Assembly: GCA_041599135.1 (NCBI GenBank)
Contig: JBFHXD010000002.1
Span: 1-56,762, forward strand
DNA length: 56,762 nt
DNA from: Candidatus Methylomirabilales bacterium
Lineage (GTDB): Bacteria; Methylomirabilota; Methylomirabilia; Methylomirabilales; CSP1-5
Direction: 5' to 3'
Positions 48,809-56,727 of this stretch are shown piece after piece (the stretch's first letter is position 1; each line of letters opens with the position of its first letter). The position numbers and the translations under genes were made by a program. The notes beneath the pieces were generated by a model that was not told the DNA's origin, ran no database searches, and saw nothing but the letters and a program-made list of their open reading frames with translations.

Positions 48809-50272
48809 CTACTTTTGTTCCCCGTAGCGCTGGCGGTAAAACTCCTGGATCTTCTGGAGTTGCTCCTTGCTCATCCCCTCTTTGAGCCATCGATGGCCCG
48901 GCTGGGAGAAGACGTGCTTGTCGAGGAGCTGCGTGGCAAGCGGCTCGCCCGCGACGTGCTTGACCTCTGGAATGAATTCGAGATAGAAGTTCTTCGCAAC
49001 ATCATACATGCCGTGCCACCAGGCATAATCAGGTCCTGACATGGACGCGCCGTGTCGCGCCCGGCGCCCCTCGTGGTGCCAGAGTTCCCAGTAGATCCAC
49101 TCCAGATGCTCGTCGAAGGGGGCCGGTGTCAGCTTCCCTGCCTTCTTGAGCTCTTGCATGATGGTAGTGGCCGGGCGGGCGAACTTGTCGTTGTACAGGA
49201 CCACCAGATCGTCGAACTGCCGGTAGAATCCGGTTACGAACGGCTCAGCATGACAGTTCCTGCACACGTTCACCATGCGGTCCCGTCGGTCTTTCCAGGT
49301 TAACACCTCTTTCACCCGCTTTCCGTCCACCCTGGCTCCGGGCTTGGGCAGGGGCTTGCCCTCCGGAATATCGGTCTTGGACAGATCGTCGAAGACCACC
49401 ATGTTCAGCTTGTTTGAAATCGGTGGCCTGAGCGTCCAGGAGATTCGCTCGCCCACATCGTGGGTCACTCCCTGATTTGGCGTGGCGCTCATATGGCACG
49501 TTGCGCACGTCGGGGCCGCCGTGTAGTCCACGCCTACGATCCAACTGGAGCGGTCAATGTTCAGCCGGTCCTTGAACGCTTGGTACAGGATGCCGTGCTT
49601 GGACTCCTGGTAGACTTCGATCTGCGGGTGATCCGGTCCCAGGTGGCACTTCCCACAGGCATCGGGCCGACGGGCCTGACCCACCGAGAAGGCATGCCGG
49701 GTGTGGCAGGCGCTACAGCTTCCCCGGCTGCCATCCGGGTTGATGCGGCCGATCCCTGTGTTGGGCCAGGTGGTTGGATCCAGCTTTCCCCCGGAGAGCA
49801 CGCGGATTTTCGATCCGTGGCACTGCATGCACCCCGTGGCGACGGCTGGCGGCCCCCCTACCACCTCACCCAGGAAGTTGTCAAGAGAGGCGAGAATTTG
49901 CCCCCCCTTCGCATGGTGGCTCCCTTTCTGCTCATCCACTTCTTTCTGGTGGCACTGGGCACAATCCTTCGGACTCACCAGGATAGCGATCGTCAGGTCA
50001 AAGTGTTCGAAAGCGTCCGGATCTCCCTTGGCGGCGCGATGGCAATCGTAGCAGTTGACTCCAACCTCTCCGTGACGCCCGATGCGCCACTCCTCTACCA
50101 GGGCCACGTTCTGCTCCCTATGGCAGGCGACGCAGGCGTCTCCCTCTTTCGCCCCCCAGCTTGTGCCCGGGTACTGCGCGTAGGCTCGTCCTTCCCACCA
50201 CCCCGGGGTCGCAAGTATGCCCAAGAGGAGAGTTGTCCCCATCGCCGTAACAGAAAGCCACCGGCTCATCAT
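48809..50272 (-). CDS. Hydroxylamine-oxidoreductase-like (HAO family) octaheme cytochrome c
   Basis: Signal peptide from MMSRWLSVTAMGTTLLLG, with AGGAGG RBS. Eight CxxCH motifs (CVACH, CYDCH, CAQCH, CMQCH, CSACH, CGKCH, CATCH, CRNCH). CGKCHLGPDHPQIEVYQESKHG block typical of the HAO family. Confidence 0.8.
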   Translation of the reverse strand: MMSRWLSVTAMGTTLLLGILATPGWWEGRAYAQYPGTSWGAKEGDACVACHREQNVALVEEWRIGRHGEVGVNCYDCHRAAKGDPDAFEHFDLTIAILVSPKDCAQCHQKEVDEQKGSHHAKGGQILASLDNFLGEVVGGPPAVATGCMQCHGSKIRVLSGGKLDPTTWPNTGIGRINPDGSRGSCSACHTRHAFSVGQARRPDACGKCHLGPDHPQIEVYQESKHGILYQAFKDRLNIDRSSWIVGVDYTAAPTCATCHMSATPNQGVTHDVGERISWTLRPPISNKLNMVVFDDLSKTDIPEGKPLPKPGARVDGKRVKEVLTWKDRRDRMVNVCRNCHAEPFVTGFYRQFDDLVVLYNDKFARPATTIMQELKKAGKLTPAPFDEHLEWIYWELWHHEGRRARHGASMSGPDYAWWHGMYDVAKNFYLEFIPEVKHVAGEPLATQLLDKHVFSQPGHRWLKEGMSKEQLQKIQEFYRQRYGEQK

Positions 50273-50314
50273 GTGTCTCCTCCTATTTGGATGGCGACTC
50301 ATATCGTTACAGAG

Positions 50315-50328
50315 TTTTTGCGCAAAAA
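50315..50328. promoter_or_regulatory. Perfect 14-bp palindrome upstream of the HAO-like gene
   Basis: TTTTTGCGCAAAAA, ~45 nt upstream of ATG 50272, inside an unusually AT-rich gap (50360-50494). Confidence 0.25.
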
Positions 50329-50494
50329 AACCTCTCGCGGCGTTCCGGACATCGTGCACTCACATACGTGTCATTATCTTGGCATCTATGTACTAGAGAA
50401 CCGGTCCCATGTCTATGACCAAAATCACAAAAAAATAAATTTTATGATAGGCCCCCGCAAGGGACGCCGAAATTCCGCGGGTCCTTCGAGAATA

Positions 50495-51325
50495 CTACTG
50501 TTGGAAGTCCGAGAGCTTGGCCAGCCGGTTAAACGAGAGGACGCCCTCGTAGCGCTTTCCCTTGATGAACCACGTGGGGTAGGCCTTGATCGCGAGTTGG
50601 TTGCACAGCCCCGGGTTTGACCCGGGAACCCTCTGGTCACACTCGACGTACGGAAGCAGATCAGCCGCAGGCCCGAACTGGGCCTTTTGCTCGCCACACG
50701 CGGGTCACCAGTATGCCCCGTACATCATGGCGCCGCTCTCGGCGAGGTGGCGAGCGAGCGCCTGCTGTGCGGCGGCGGTCTCCGGCGAGCTTGCCGCGAA
50801 GAAGCCGGCGCCGATGAGGACCGTCGCCACCGCGGTGATGGTTCCGAGGGTCACAACGCGGGACTTGCGCGCGGGGAACCGTCGGCCCGTCCCCCTTGGG
50901 CGGTACAGAAGGAGCACGCCAAACAGCGCGGCCGCGATCACCGCCGAAAGGATGCAATACCCGCAGATCGCGCGGATCTCAAACAGCTCGAGGTAGGTGA
51001 GATACGCCGAGAAGGAAACGCCTGCCACGGCGAGGAGAAAGGTGGAGAGCCATCGCCGCGCGTCTAGCCCGATGAGCGCGATCGCACCGATGGCTGCGTA
51101 CAGCCCGGCGCCCCACAGCGCCGTCGGCAAGCCAAAAAAGACGGCGTATCGGCTTGCCTGGACGATGTCACAGCCACTGCCGGCCGTGCAGAAGAGGGGG
51201 CTGTCACCGCCGAGCTTCGTCAATGCGAGATAGCCCGCGACGACGAATCCCGCGGCTGCAAGCCCGGCCACCGGCCAGTTGCGCCGTGGCGTCTCGAATT
51301 GTTTGTGTCGTGAGAATCGTGCCAT
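50495..51325 (-). CDS. VKOR (DsbB-analogue) fused to a thioredoxin-like domain, with in-frame TGA (50705-50707) at the first Cys of the CxxC motif; candidate selenoprotein
   Basis: VKOR motifs CTAGSGCDIVQAS and CGYC in a 4-5 TM core. Then ...LAESGAMMYGAYW-TGA-PACGEQKAQFGPAADLLPYVECDQRVPGSNPGLCNQLAIKAYPTWFIKGKRYEGV...*. This reproduces the YGAYWCPHC...YVEC...YPTW pattern of VKOR-Trx fusions. The 69 sense codons after the TGA contain no ATG, GTG or TTG. Confidence 0.65.
50604..50708. repeat. Copy B of the ~105-bp direct repeat (inside the functional thioredoxin domain, includes the TGA)
   Basis: See copy A. The two copies bracket the HAO-like gene and its AT-rich upstream region. Confidence 0.85.
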
Positions 51326-51337
51326 TTTTTCCTTGTA

Positions 51338-52834
51338 TCATTGCCCGCGCGCTTGGGCAAGTGCCTCTTCCGCCTTGCGACGCGCGGTCTCGTATAGCGC
51401 GTCCGCGGCATCCGGATTGTGGATACCTCGCCCGCCCTTCACGAGGGCGAGCGCTCGCTGCGCGTCTTTGAGCAGCACGTCTGCTCCGCTGGTCTGGCGT
51501 CCAGCGCGCCGCGCCTTGCCGAGTGCGGCCTCCGCCCGTTTGATCGCCGTGGCGGCTTGTGCCATCTGCTCGTCGAATCCGGTTGTCCACGCTTCCACGA
51601 ACGCCATGTATGCCTCGTCGTGGCACACGAGGCACTGCTGGCCAGCAGCCTTGCGCGAATGCTCTTTGGTGAGGTCGTGGCATCCTGTGCAACCCACGGC
51701 AGCAACCATGACGTTCGGCTTGATTTTCGCGAGGTCTGTCTTCACCTCGCCGCGGTAGAACGCGGCTTGCCTGCGGTGACACGATTCGCACCGCTCGTTC
51801 TGTGGGCTGTGGTGACAGGACGTGCACGTCGCAGGAGTCGCGGTGACTGCCTTGTGCACCTCGGCCGAATGGCATCCCGTGCACACGGCACCGAACTCCG
51901 TAATGTGCCGGGCGTGGGGGACGTTCTGCTTTGCGAAGACCACCGTCTCGGGAACCTTGACCCCTGCCTGTTCGTGGCACAGCACGCCACAGTACCCTCC
52001 GCGGACCAGGGTGTCATTGGTCTTGACCGGCGCCTTGCCAAGGAGCTTGAGCGCCTCGTCGAGCCAGCCGTTCGCGAGTTTGAGCAGATCCGCCGCATAG
52101 AAGACATTGTGGACGCCTTTCCCGAGAACAACGAACTGGATGTTGAACTCGGCCTCGTCCACGAGCTGCCAGGCCCGGGCCTGCTTCGGATTCGTTGGAT
52201 CGGTCCCGCTCAGCGCCCCGCGTGCCTGTTTGAGCTTCGGCGCGACGACCTCTCGCATCTTGTCCAGCGTGTCCGCCCACTTTTGGAGCATCCCGCGATA
52301 TTTCTCGCCGTGGCACTCAACACATGCCTGCTCGCTCGGTCTGAACGTCTGCCCCACGATCCCGGCCTCGCGCTCGGTCTCTTTGGGCACGATGTGGCAG
52401 GCGATGCATGCCACCCGAACCTGAAACATGTGGCTCGGGATCATCGGTGTCCCGCGCCCACCCATGCCGAGATACATTCGAAGCACCCCTTGGTGCTTGT
52501 CAACGTGACAGTTCGCGCACTCCAGCTCACCGGCCCGGTGGGGTTTCGCCGGCGGTTTTACTTTGGCGCGGTCGGCAGGCGCGATGGGCCGCGGACCAGG
52601 ATGCTGTGCAACCATACTGGGCAGTCCGATGACCGCGGGCTGAGGACTGATCAAGGTCGATTTCGGATTTCGGATTTCGGATTTCGGATTTTTCCCTGCA
52701 GTGAACGGCGAACTGTGAGCGACGAGGGACACCGCAGTGACTGTCGAGTCGGACCCTGGTTTCTCCGCGGAAACGGCTGGAAGGGCTACGCCGAGCAGCA
52801 GCCCGAGGGCGGCGATGCGGATCCACACGGTCAT
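51338..52834 (-). CDS. Periplasmic multihaem cytochrome c (8 CxxCH plus 1 CxxxCH)
   Basis: Signal peptide MTVWIRIAALGLLLGVALPAVSA. CANCH, CIACH, CVECH, CGVLCH, CTGCH, CTSCH, CESCH, CTGCH, CLVCH. ATGA overlap with the upstream gene. The track ORF N-terminus is over-extended. Confidence 0.85.
   Translation of the reverse strand: MTVWIRIAALGLLLGVALPAVSAEKPGSDSTVTAVSLVAHSSPFTAGKNPKSEIRNPKSTLISPQPAVIGLPSMVAQHPGPRPIAPADRAKVKPPAKPHRAGELECANCHVDKHQGVLRMYLGMGGRGTPMIPSHMFQVRVACIACHIVPKETEREAGIVGQTFRPSEQACVECHGEKYRGMLQKWADTLDKMREVVAPKLKQARGALSGTDPTNPKQARAWQLVDEAEFNIQFVVLGKGVHNVFYAADLLKLANGWLDEALKLLGKAPVKTNDTLVRGGYCGVLCHEQAGVKVPETVVFAKQNVPHARHITEFGAVCTGCHSAEVHKAVTATPATCTSCHHSPQNERCESCHRRQAAFYRGEVKTDLAKIKPNVMVAAVGCTGCHDLTKEHSRKAAGQQCLVCHDEAYMAFVEAWTTGFDEQMAQAATAIKRAEAALGKARRAGRQTSGADVLLKDAQRALALVKGGRGIHNPDAADALYETARRKAEEALAQARGQ
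52659..52693. repeat. Heptanucleotide tandem repeat inside the multihaem cytochrome CDS
   Basis: GATTTCG x4 perfect plus one imperfect unit (GATTTTT). Encodes ...GKNPKSEIRNPKST... just after the signal peptide. Confidence 0.9.
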
Positions 52835-53757
52835 TGGGAGCCCTCCGCAGTGCGGGCGATACGGGTGGTCCGGTCCGTATCGCGGACGGCAGTCGGAATC
52901 CCCATCAACGGAGGCAGCCTGTGCTTGATCTCGTTGTGACAGCGCGTGCATTCGATGCTGTGCTTCTCGACGTGGGCGTCGTGGACGAGCGCAGTATCGG
53001 AGTACCGCTCGATCTTCTCTGGCTCGTTGTGGCAGGTGAAGCAGCGCTCGCGCGGGGCCTCCCCATCCCCCTCGATGACGTTCAGGTGGCACTTCTGGCA
53101 GGCAACTCCGCGGCGCGCTATCTCCTCGTGGTTGAACCGGACCGAGCCCACTATGATCTCACCCGTGGGCGGATCGTGGCAGCTCGTACACCCGGCGATC
53201 GGGGCCAGCTCGCGCGCGGCCTTCTTCCCTTTAAAGTGGCAAAGGAAGCACGCCGATTCCGCCACCTCGAAATGCCTCTCAATGACGATCTGCGAGTGGC
53301 AGCTCGTGCAACGGAGCTGTCGTCCGGTCTTCAAAGGGTCGAAGTGCGGTTGGTGATTGAACCGGATTGCTTGCCTAAAGCTGACGGTGCCCGCCTCCGT
53401 GAGTTGGCTGCTGGAATGGCAGCCTGATCGAAGGCAGCTCGCGTCTTCGACCTCGGCAAACGGCTTTGAGCTGTAAGTCTGGGTGACATACTTTGCGACC
53501 TGGCTGATCGCCTGATACTTGACCCAGAGTGTGTCGCGGAAGCCTGGCGGATAGTGGCACTGGACGCAGGCCACGGTATTATGCTTGGAGTGCTTCCAGG
53601 CCTCCACGTAGGGCACCATAATGTGGCATGAGTTGCAGAATGACGGGCTCGAGCTGACCTTATAGAGCCCTCCCAGCATGGCGATGCCAACCACCAGAAC
53701 TGTGGTGAGGAGTATCAGAGTCTTTCGTCGGCGTCGGGCGGTAGGTTGCGGGTCCAC
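52831..53757 (-). CDS. NapC/NirT/NrfH-like membrane-anchored multihaem cytochrome c (8 CxxCH plus 1 Cx4CH)
   Basis: N-terminal TM helix followed immediately by FCNSCH. Then CVQCH, CLRSGCH, CTSCH, CFLCH, CTSCH, CQKCH, CFTCH, CTRCH. 308 aa. Confidence 0.85.
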   Translation of the reverse strand: MDPQPTARRRRKTLILLTTVLVVGIAMLGGLYKVSSSPSFCNSCHIMVPYVEAWKHSKHNTVACVQCHYPPGFRDTLWVKYQAISQVAKYVTQTYSSKPFAEVEDASCLRSGCHSSSQLTEAGTVSFRQAIRFNHQPHFDPLKTGRQLRCTSCHSQIVIERHFEVAESACFLCHFKGKKAARELAPIAGCTSCHDPPTGEIIVGSVRFNHEEIARRGVACQKCHLNVIEGDGEAPRERCFTCHNEPEKIERYSDTALVHDAHVEKHSIECTRCHNEIKHRLPPLMGIPTAVRDTDRTTRIARTAEGSQ

Positions 53758-53953
53758 GTAGTCTTCTCCCCTTCCTTCAGGGGGGTCACCATGATGATCC
53801 GATTAGGATGACCCCGGCGGCCAGCGTCGAAACATGGCCGCCCGGGGGTTCTTATCCCTCCAGAGCGAATGGTGATCCGCCTGAAGAGCCTCAAGCCGTC
53901 CATCGGGCGGTGCCCAGTCCTTGCCTGCTGAGCTCCCGATCGCTAGGGCAGCT

Positions 53954-54298
53954 TCATTTTTTCACATGGCACTTGTTGCAACTGGCCTTGTCTTTCGTGC
54001 TGAAGGATTGCTGCCCGTTATGGCAGGTCCCGCAGAACTTTCCGTCGTCCATTGCCGCCATCGTGATTGGTCCAGACGTCCCCTTCTTCATCTTGAACAC
54101 TTTGGTGTGACAAGCGGTGCACTTAAATTGCTGCTTGTGCTTTTCGTGGCTGAACGTGACCGGACCCGGGCTGTCCTTGCCCTGCTCAAACGTGAAGTCC
54201 GGCGGGACCTTGATCCCCGCAGCGTCGGGGACAAAAGCCACCGTCCCGAGCGCGAACCCGATGACAAGCGCAAGGCTACCGAAGAGCATGAATCGCAT
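53954..54298 (-). CDS. Triheme cytochrome c7/c3-type
   Basis: Start at MRFMLFG after GGAGGGG. VTFSHEKHKQQFKCTACH, CGTCH, CNKCH. ~114 aa. Confidence 0.8.
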   Translation of the reverse strand: MRFMLFGSLALVIGFALGTVAFVPDAAGIKVPPDFTFEQGKDSPGPVTFSHEKHKQQFKCTACHTKVFKMKKGTSGPITMAAMDDGKFCGTCHNGQQSFSTKDKASCNKCHVKK

Positions 54299-54321
54299 AG
54301 TCCCCTCCTCTCTCATGTCGG

Positions 54322-54945
54322 CTATTGGGGTGGCGAGGCTACGCTCCGCAAGAACCCAAAAAGATCCACCATCTCTTTGGACGTAAAGCGGGGATACAGA
54401 ATTCCCATTGCTTTGGTATGTCCCGCCATCCGGGGGGAATGATTCCATATCGCGGCTGCCCAAACAAGGGGCGACTCGTAACCACCCTGATACTCCGTGA
54501 ACTCAATCCCCACGCCGCCCCCCTCACCTCGGAGCCGATGGCACTTGAGGCACCCTTTCCGGACCAGGAGGGTTTGTCCCCTGAGAAGATCTGGGGCAGG
54601 GTCCCGGGAAGGGTCGGCCTCGAGGTACGCCATCACGTCGGCCATTTCCTCAACGTTAATTCGCGGCCACTCATGTCCCTCCCGTCTGAGCATTTCGAAC
54701 ATGGCCGGCGCGTGATTCCAGAGCCGGCCCGTCAGCTCGAGCGCGCCCTGACGTCGCTGCAGATTTTCAAGCTTTGGTCCCCCCCCCCACTCACCCAAGG
54801 GCATATGACAGCGAGAGCACTGTTTGTCGATGAAAAGCTTTTCCCCCCGCTTTGCGTCTCCCGCCGCCTTGGCGGCAGCCAGCATGTTTGGGGCCAAAAG
54901 GCCTCCGCAAATCAAGATGGCGCCGAGCAGTCGATGCGGTCTCAT
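54322..54945 (-). CDS. Dihaem class-I cytochrome c associated with the bc complex
   Basis: Signal peptide [24 protein letters not shown] and CLKCH. ATGA overlap with the cytochrome b stop. Confidence 0.8.
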   Translation of the reverse strand: MRPHRLLGAILICGGLLAPNMLAAAKAAGDAKRGEKLFIDKQCSRCHMPLGEWGGGPKLENLQRRQGALELTGRLWNHAPAMFEMLRREGHEWPRINVEEMADVMAYLEADPSRDPAPDLLRGQTLLVRKGCLKCHRLRGEGGGVGIEFTEYQGGYESPLVWAAAIWNHSPRMAGHTKAMGILYPRFTSKEMVDLFGFLRSVASPPQ

Positions 54946-56045
54946 TGCGTCGCAACCTCCGTGTAGCCAAGGTACGTCAACACGATCATGTACACAATAG
55001 TAGAGATACCGATCCAAGTGAACAGAGGGCTGGGCTCGCCCCGGGCGGTCCGCCTGTCCAGAAAGGGGATGAGCAAGAGGAAAAGCCCGCCCAGGCCGAA
55101 GCCAAGGATCCCCACAGCATCCCCCTCGATGCCGAGGATGTGGGACGGTAAGTACTTGAGCGTCTTGAACATAAACATGAAGTACCACTCGGGCTTGATG
55201 CCGACCGGCGCGGGCGCAAACGGGTCGGCCTTCTGGCCGAGCTCCGTTGGGAAGTAGGCGGCTAACGCGGCCAGGATCGCCAGGGCGGCGAGCCATCCCA
55301 CCATGTCCCGTAGCAAGAAGTTCGGCAGAAAAGGCATGACGCGCTTCGAGCTCGTTGGCTGCTCAACGCCGGGCGGGATGCTCATGCCATGCTTCTGGAC
55401 CAGGAAGAGATGCAGGCCCAGCAGGAGGGTGGTGAGTGCTGGAAGGACGGCGACATGGAATCCGTAAAAGCGTGTGAGCGTCGCCCCGGTGACTTCGTCA
55501 CCGCCGCGGGAAACCCGGAGAAGAAACGACCCGATCACGGGGACAGCCCCCGTGATCTCGGTCCCCACCTGGGTTGCGAAAAAGGCAAGCTCATTCCATG
55601 GCAGCAGATACCCGGTAAAGCCGAAGGCCATCGCGATGCCCATCAGTCCTATGCCCGAGAGCCAAGTGATCTCGCGCGGTGGGCGATACGCCTTGAGGAT
55701 CCACACACTAAAGAGGTGAACAAACAGGGTAAAGATCATCAAGTTCGCCGCCCACGCGTGGATCGAGCGGATGAGCCAGCCGAACTCCACCTCCGCCATC
55801 AGGAACTGGACGGACTCATACGCCTCCTCAGCGCTTGGGCGGTAATAGAAGATCAGGAGAATACCCGTGGCCACCTGGATCATGAAGAGAAAAAGGGTCA
55901 TCCCCCCAAGGTAGTACCACAACGTATGCCGGTGGACGGGGACTTCCTTCTTTCTGGCGATCTTCTCCACCTCGGCGAGGCCGACGCGTCCGTCGAGCCA
56001 ATTCCAGAGCCTGCCATGTTGCTGGTCGGGAGTGTCCATGCTCAC
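54942..56045 (-). CDS. Cytochrome b (fused b6 plus subunit-IV-like) of a Rieske/cyt b complex
   Basis: 367 aa polytopic protein with conserved His pairs in helices B/D and a PEWY motif ([12 protein letters not shown]). Confidence 0.92.
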   Translation of the reverse strand: MSMDTPDQQHGRLWNWLDGRVGLAEVEKIARKKEVPVHRHTLWYYLGGMTLFLFMIQVATGILLIFYYRPSAEEAYESVQFLMAEVEFGWLIRSIHAWAANLMIFTLFVHLFSVWILKAYRPPREITWLSGIGLMGIAMAFGFTGYLLPWNELAFFATQVGTEITGAVPVIGSFLLRVSRGGDEVTGATLTRFYGFHVAVLPALTTLLLGLHLFLVQKHGMSIPPGVEQPTSSKRVMPFLPNFLLRDMVGWLAALAILAALAAYFPTELGQKADPFAPAPVGIKPEWYFMFMFKTLKYLPSHILGIEGDAVGILGFGLGGLFLLLIPFLDRRTARGEPSPLFTWIGISTIVYMIVLTYLGYTEVATQ

Positions 56046-56500
56046 GCACTCTTACTGACCACAATCTCGTTTCCACGCACGTTGACGATGTACTGCTCTA
56101 GCGGCCGGGGGGGCGGGCCGGCGATGTTGTTCCCGTTGAGATCAAAGTGCCCATTATGACAGGCGCACCAGATGTGACTGAGGTCGGACCGGTACTGCAC
56201 CGTGCAATTGAGATGGGTACAGGTGGCAGAGAAGGCCCGGAGCTCTCCGGTCGGCGTCCGGATCAGGATCCCAGGGCGGTTGCCGAATTTGAAAATCTGC
56301 CCCGAATTCGGTGTGACATCGACCGGCTTAATCGGCAATGTCACCGTTGCGGCCGTGGACTCTCCCGCTGGCGGTGGAATGAGGTACCGGGTCACAGGAT
56401 AGAGGACCGAGAGCAGAAAAGCCCCCCCGCTCGTGGCCAGAAACCAGTTGATGAATTTCCTGCGCGTCGTCTCTCGCCCCAGCAGATCCTCAATCATCAT
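56042..56500 (-). CDS. Rieske [2Fe-2S] subunit
   Basis: CTHLNCTV and CACHNGHF cluster-binding boxes, with an N-terminal TM/Tat-like segment. 152 aa. Confidence 0.92.
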   Translation of the reverse strand: MMIEDLLGRETTRRKFINWFLATSGGAFLLSVLYPVTRYLIPPPAGESTAATVTLPIKPVDVTPNSGQIFKFGNRPGILIRTPTGELRAFSATCTHLNCTVQYRSDLSHIWCACHNGHFDLNGNNIAGPPPRPLEQYIVNVRGNEIVVSKSA

Positions 56501-56727
56501 AGTCTCCTCTTGGCTGGTGGTTAGTGGTTGGTGATTAGTGGCTAGAACGCTGGAACGCTAGGATGCTAGGACGCACTTAGCGCTCCCCTAACCCCTACCA
56601 CCCAACACCCAATACTTATGATCGGTCACCGGTTGACGTTTCACAGTTTACGGTTCGTAGTTCAGGGTTCAGAGTTGAGAGCTTCGCACTGGACACTCCA
56701 CACTCAACACCTAACTGCGGTGATCGG
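56501..56727. repeat. Word-repeat-rich spacer upstream of the Rieske gene
   Basis: Contains gctagaacgctggaacgctaggatgctagg (56541-56570), cccaacaccc (56601-56610), gatcggtcaccgg (56620-56632), cagggttcagagttgagag (56663-56681) and gatcggtcatcgg (56722-56734). Each word has a partner in another spacer of this window. Confidence 0.75.

Noticed and set aside
48552-48890. 112-aa minus-strand ORF containing repeat copy A, considered as a functional small thioredoxin-like gene
   Set aside because: Its only ATG lies 82 nt inside the HAO-like coding region in another frame, with no signal peptide or RBS. The CxxC first position is Arg. Similarity to the thioredoxin fold ends before the cis-Pro/YPTW region. 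I treat it as a gene fragment, but the synonymous-substitution pattern keeps it worth checking.
52659-52693. Tandem repeat considered as a CRISPR array or minisatellite
   Set aside because: The units are 7 nt with no spacers and lie inside a coding sequence. It is not a CRISPR array.
51204-52939. ORFs 51204-51980 (minus, off-frame) and 51419-52939 (plus, 506 aa)
   Set aside because: They overlap the multihaem cytochrome gene, whose frame carries 9 haem-binding motifs and a signal peptide. The alternatives have none.
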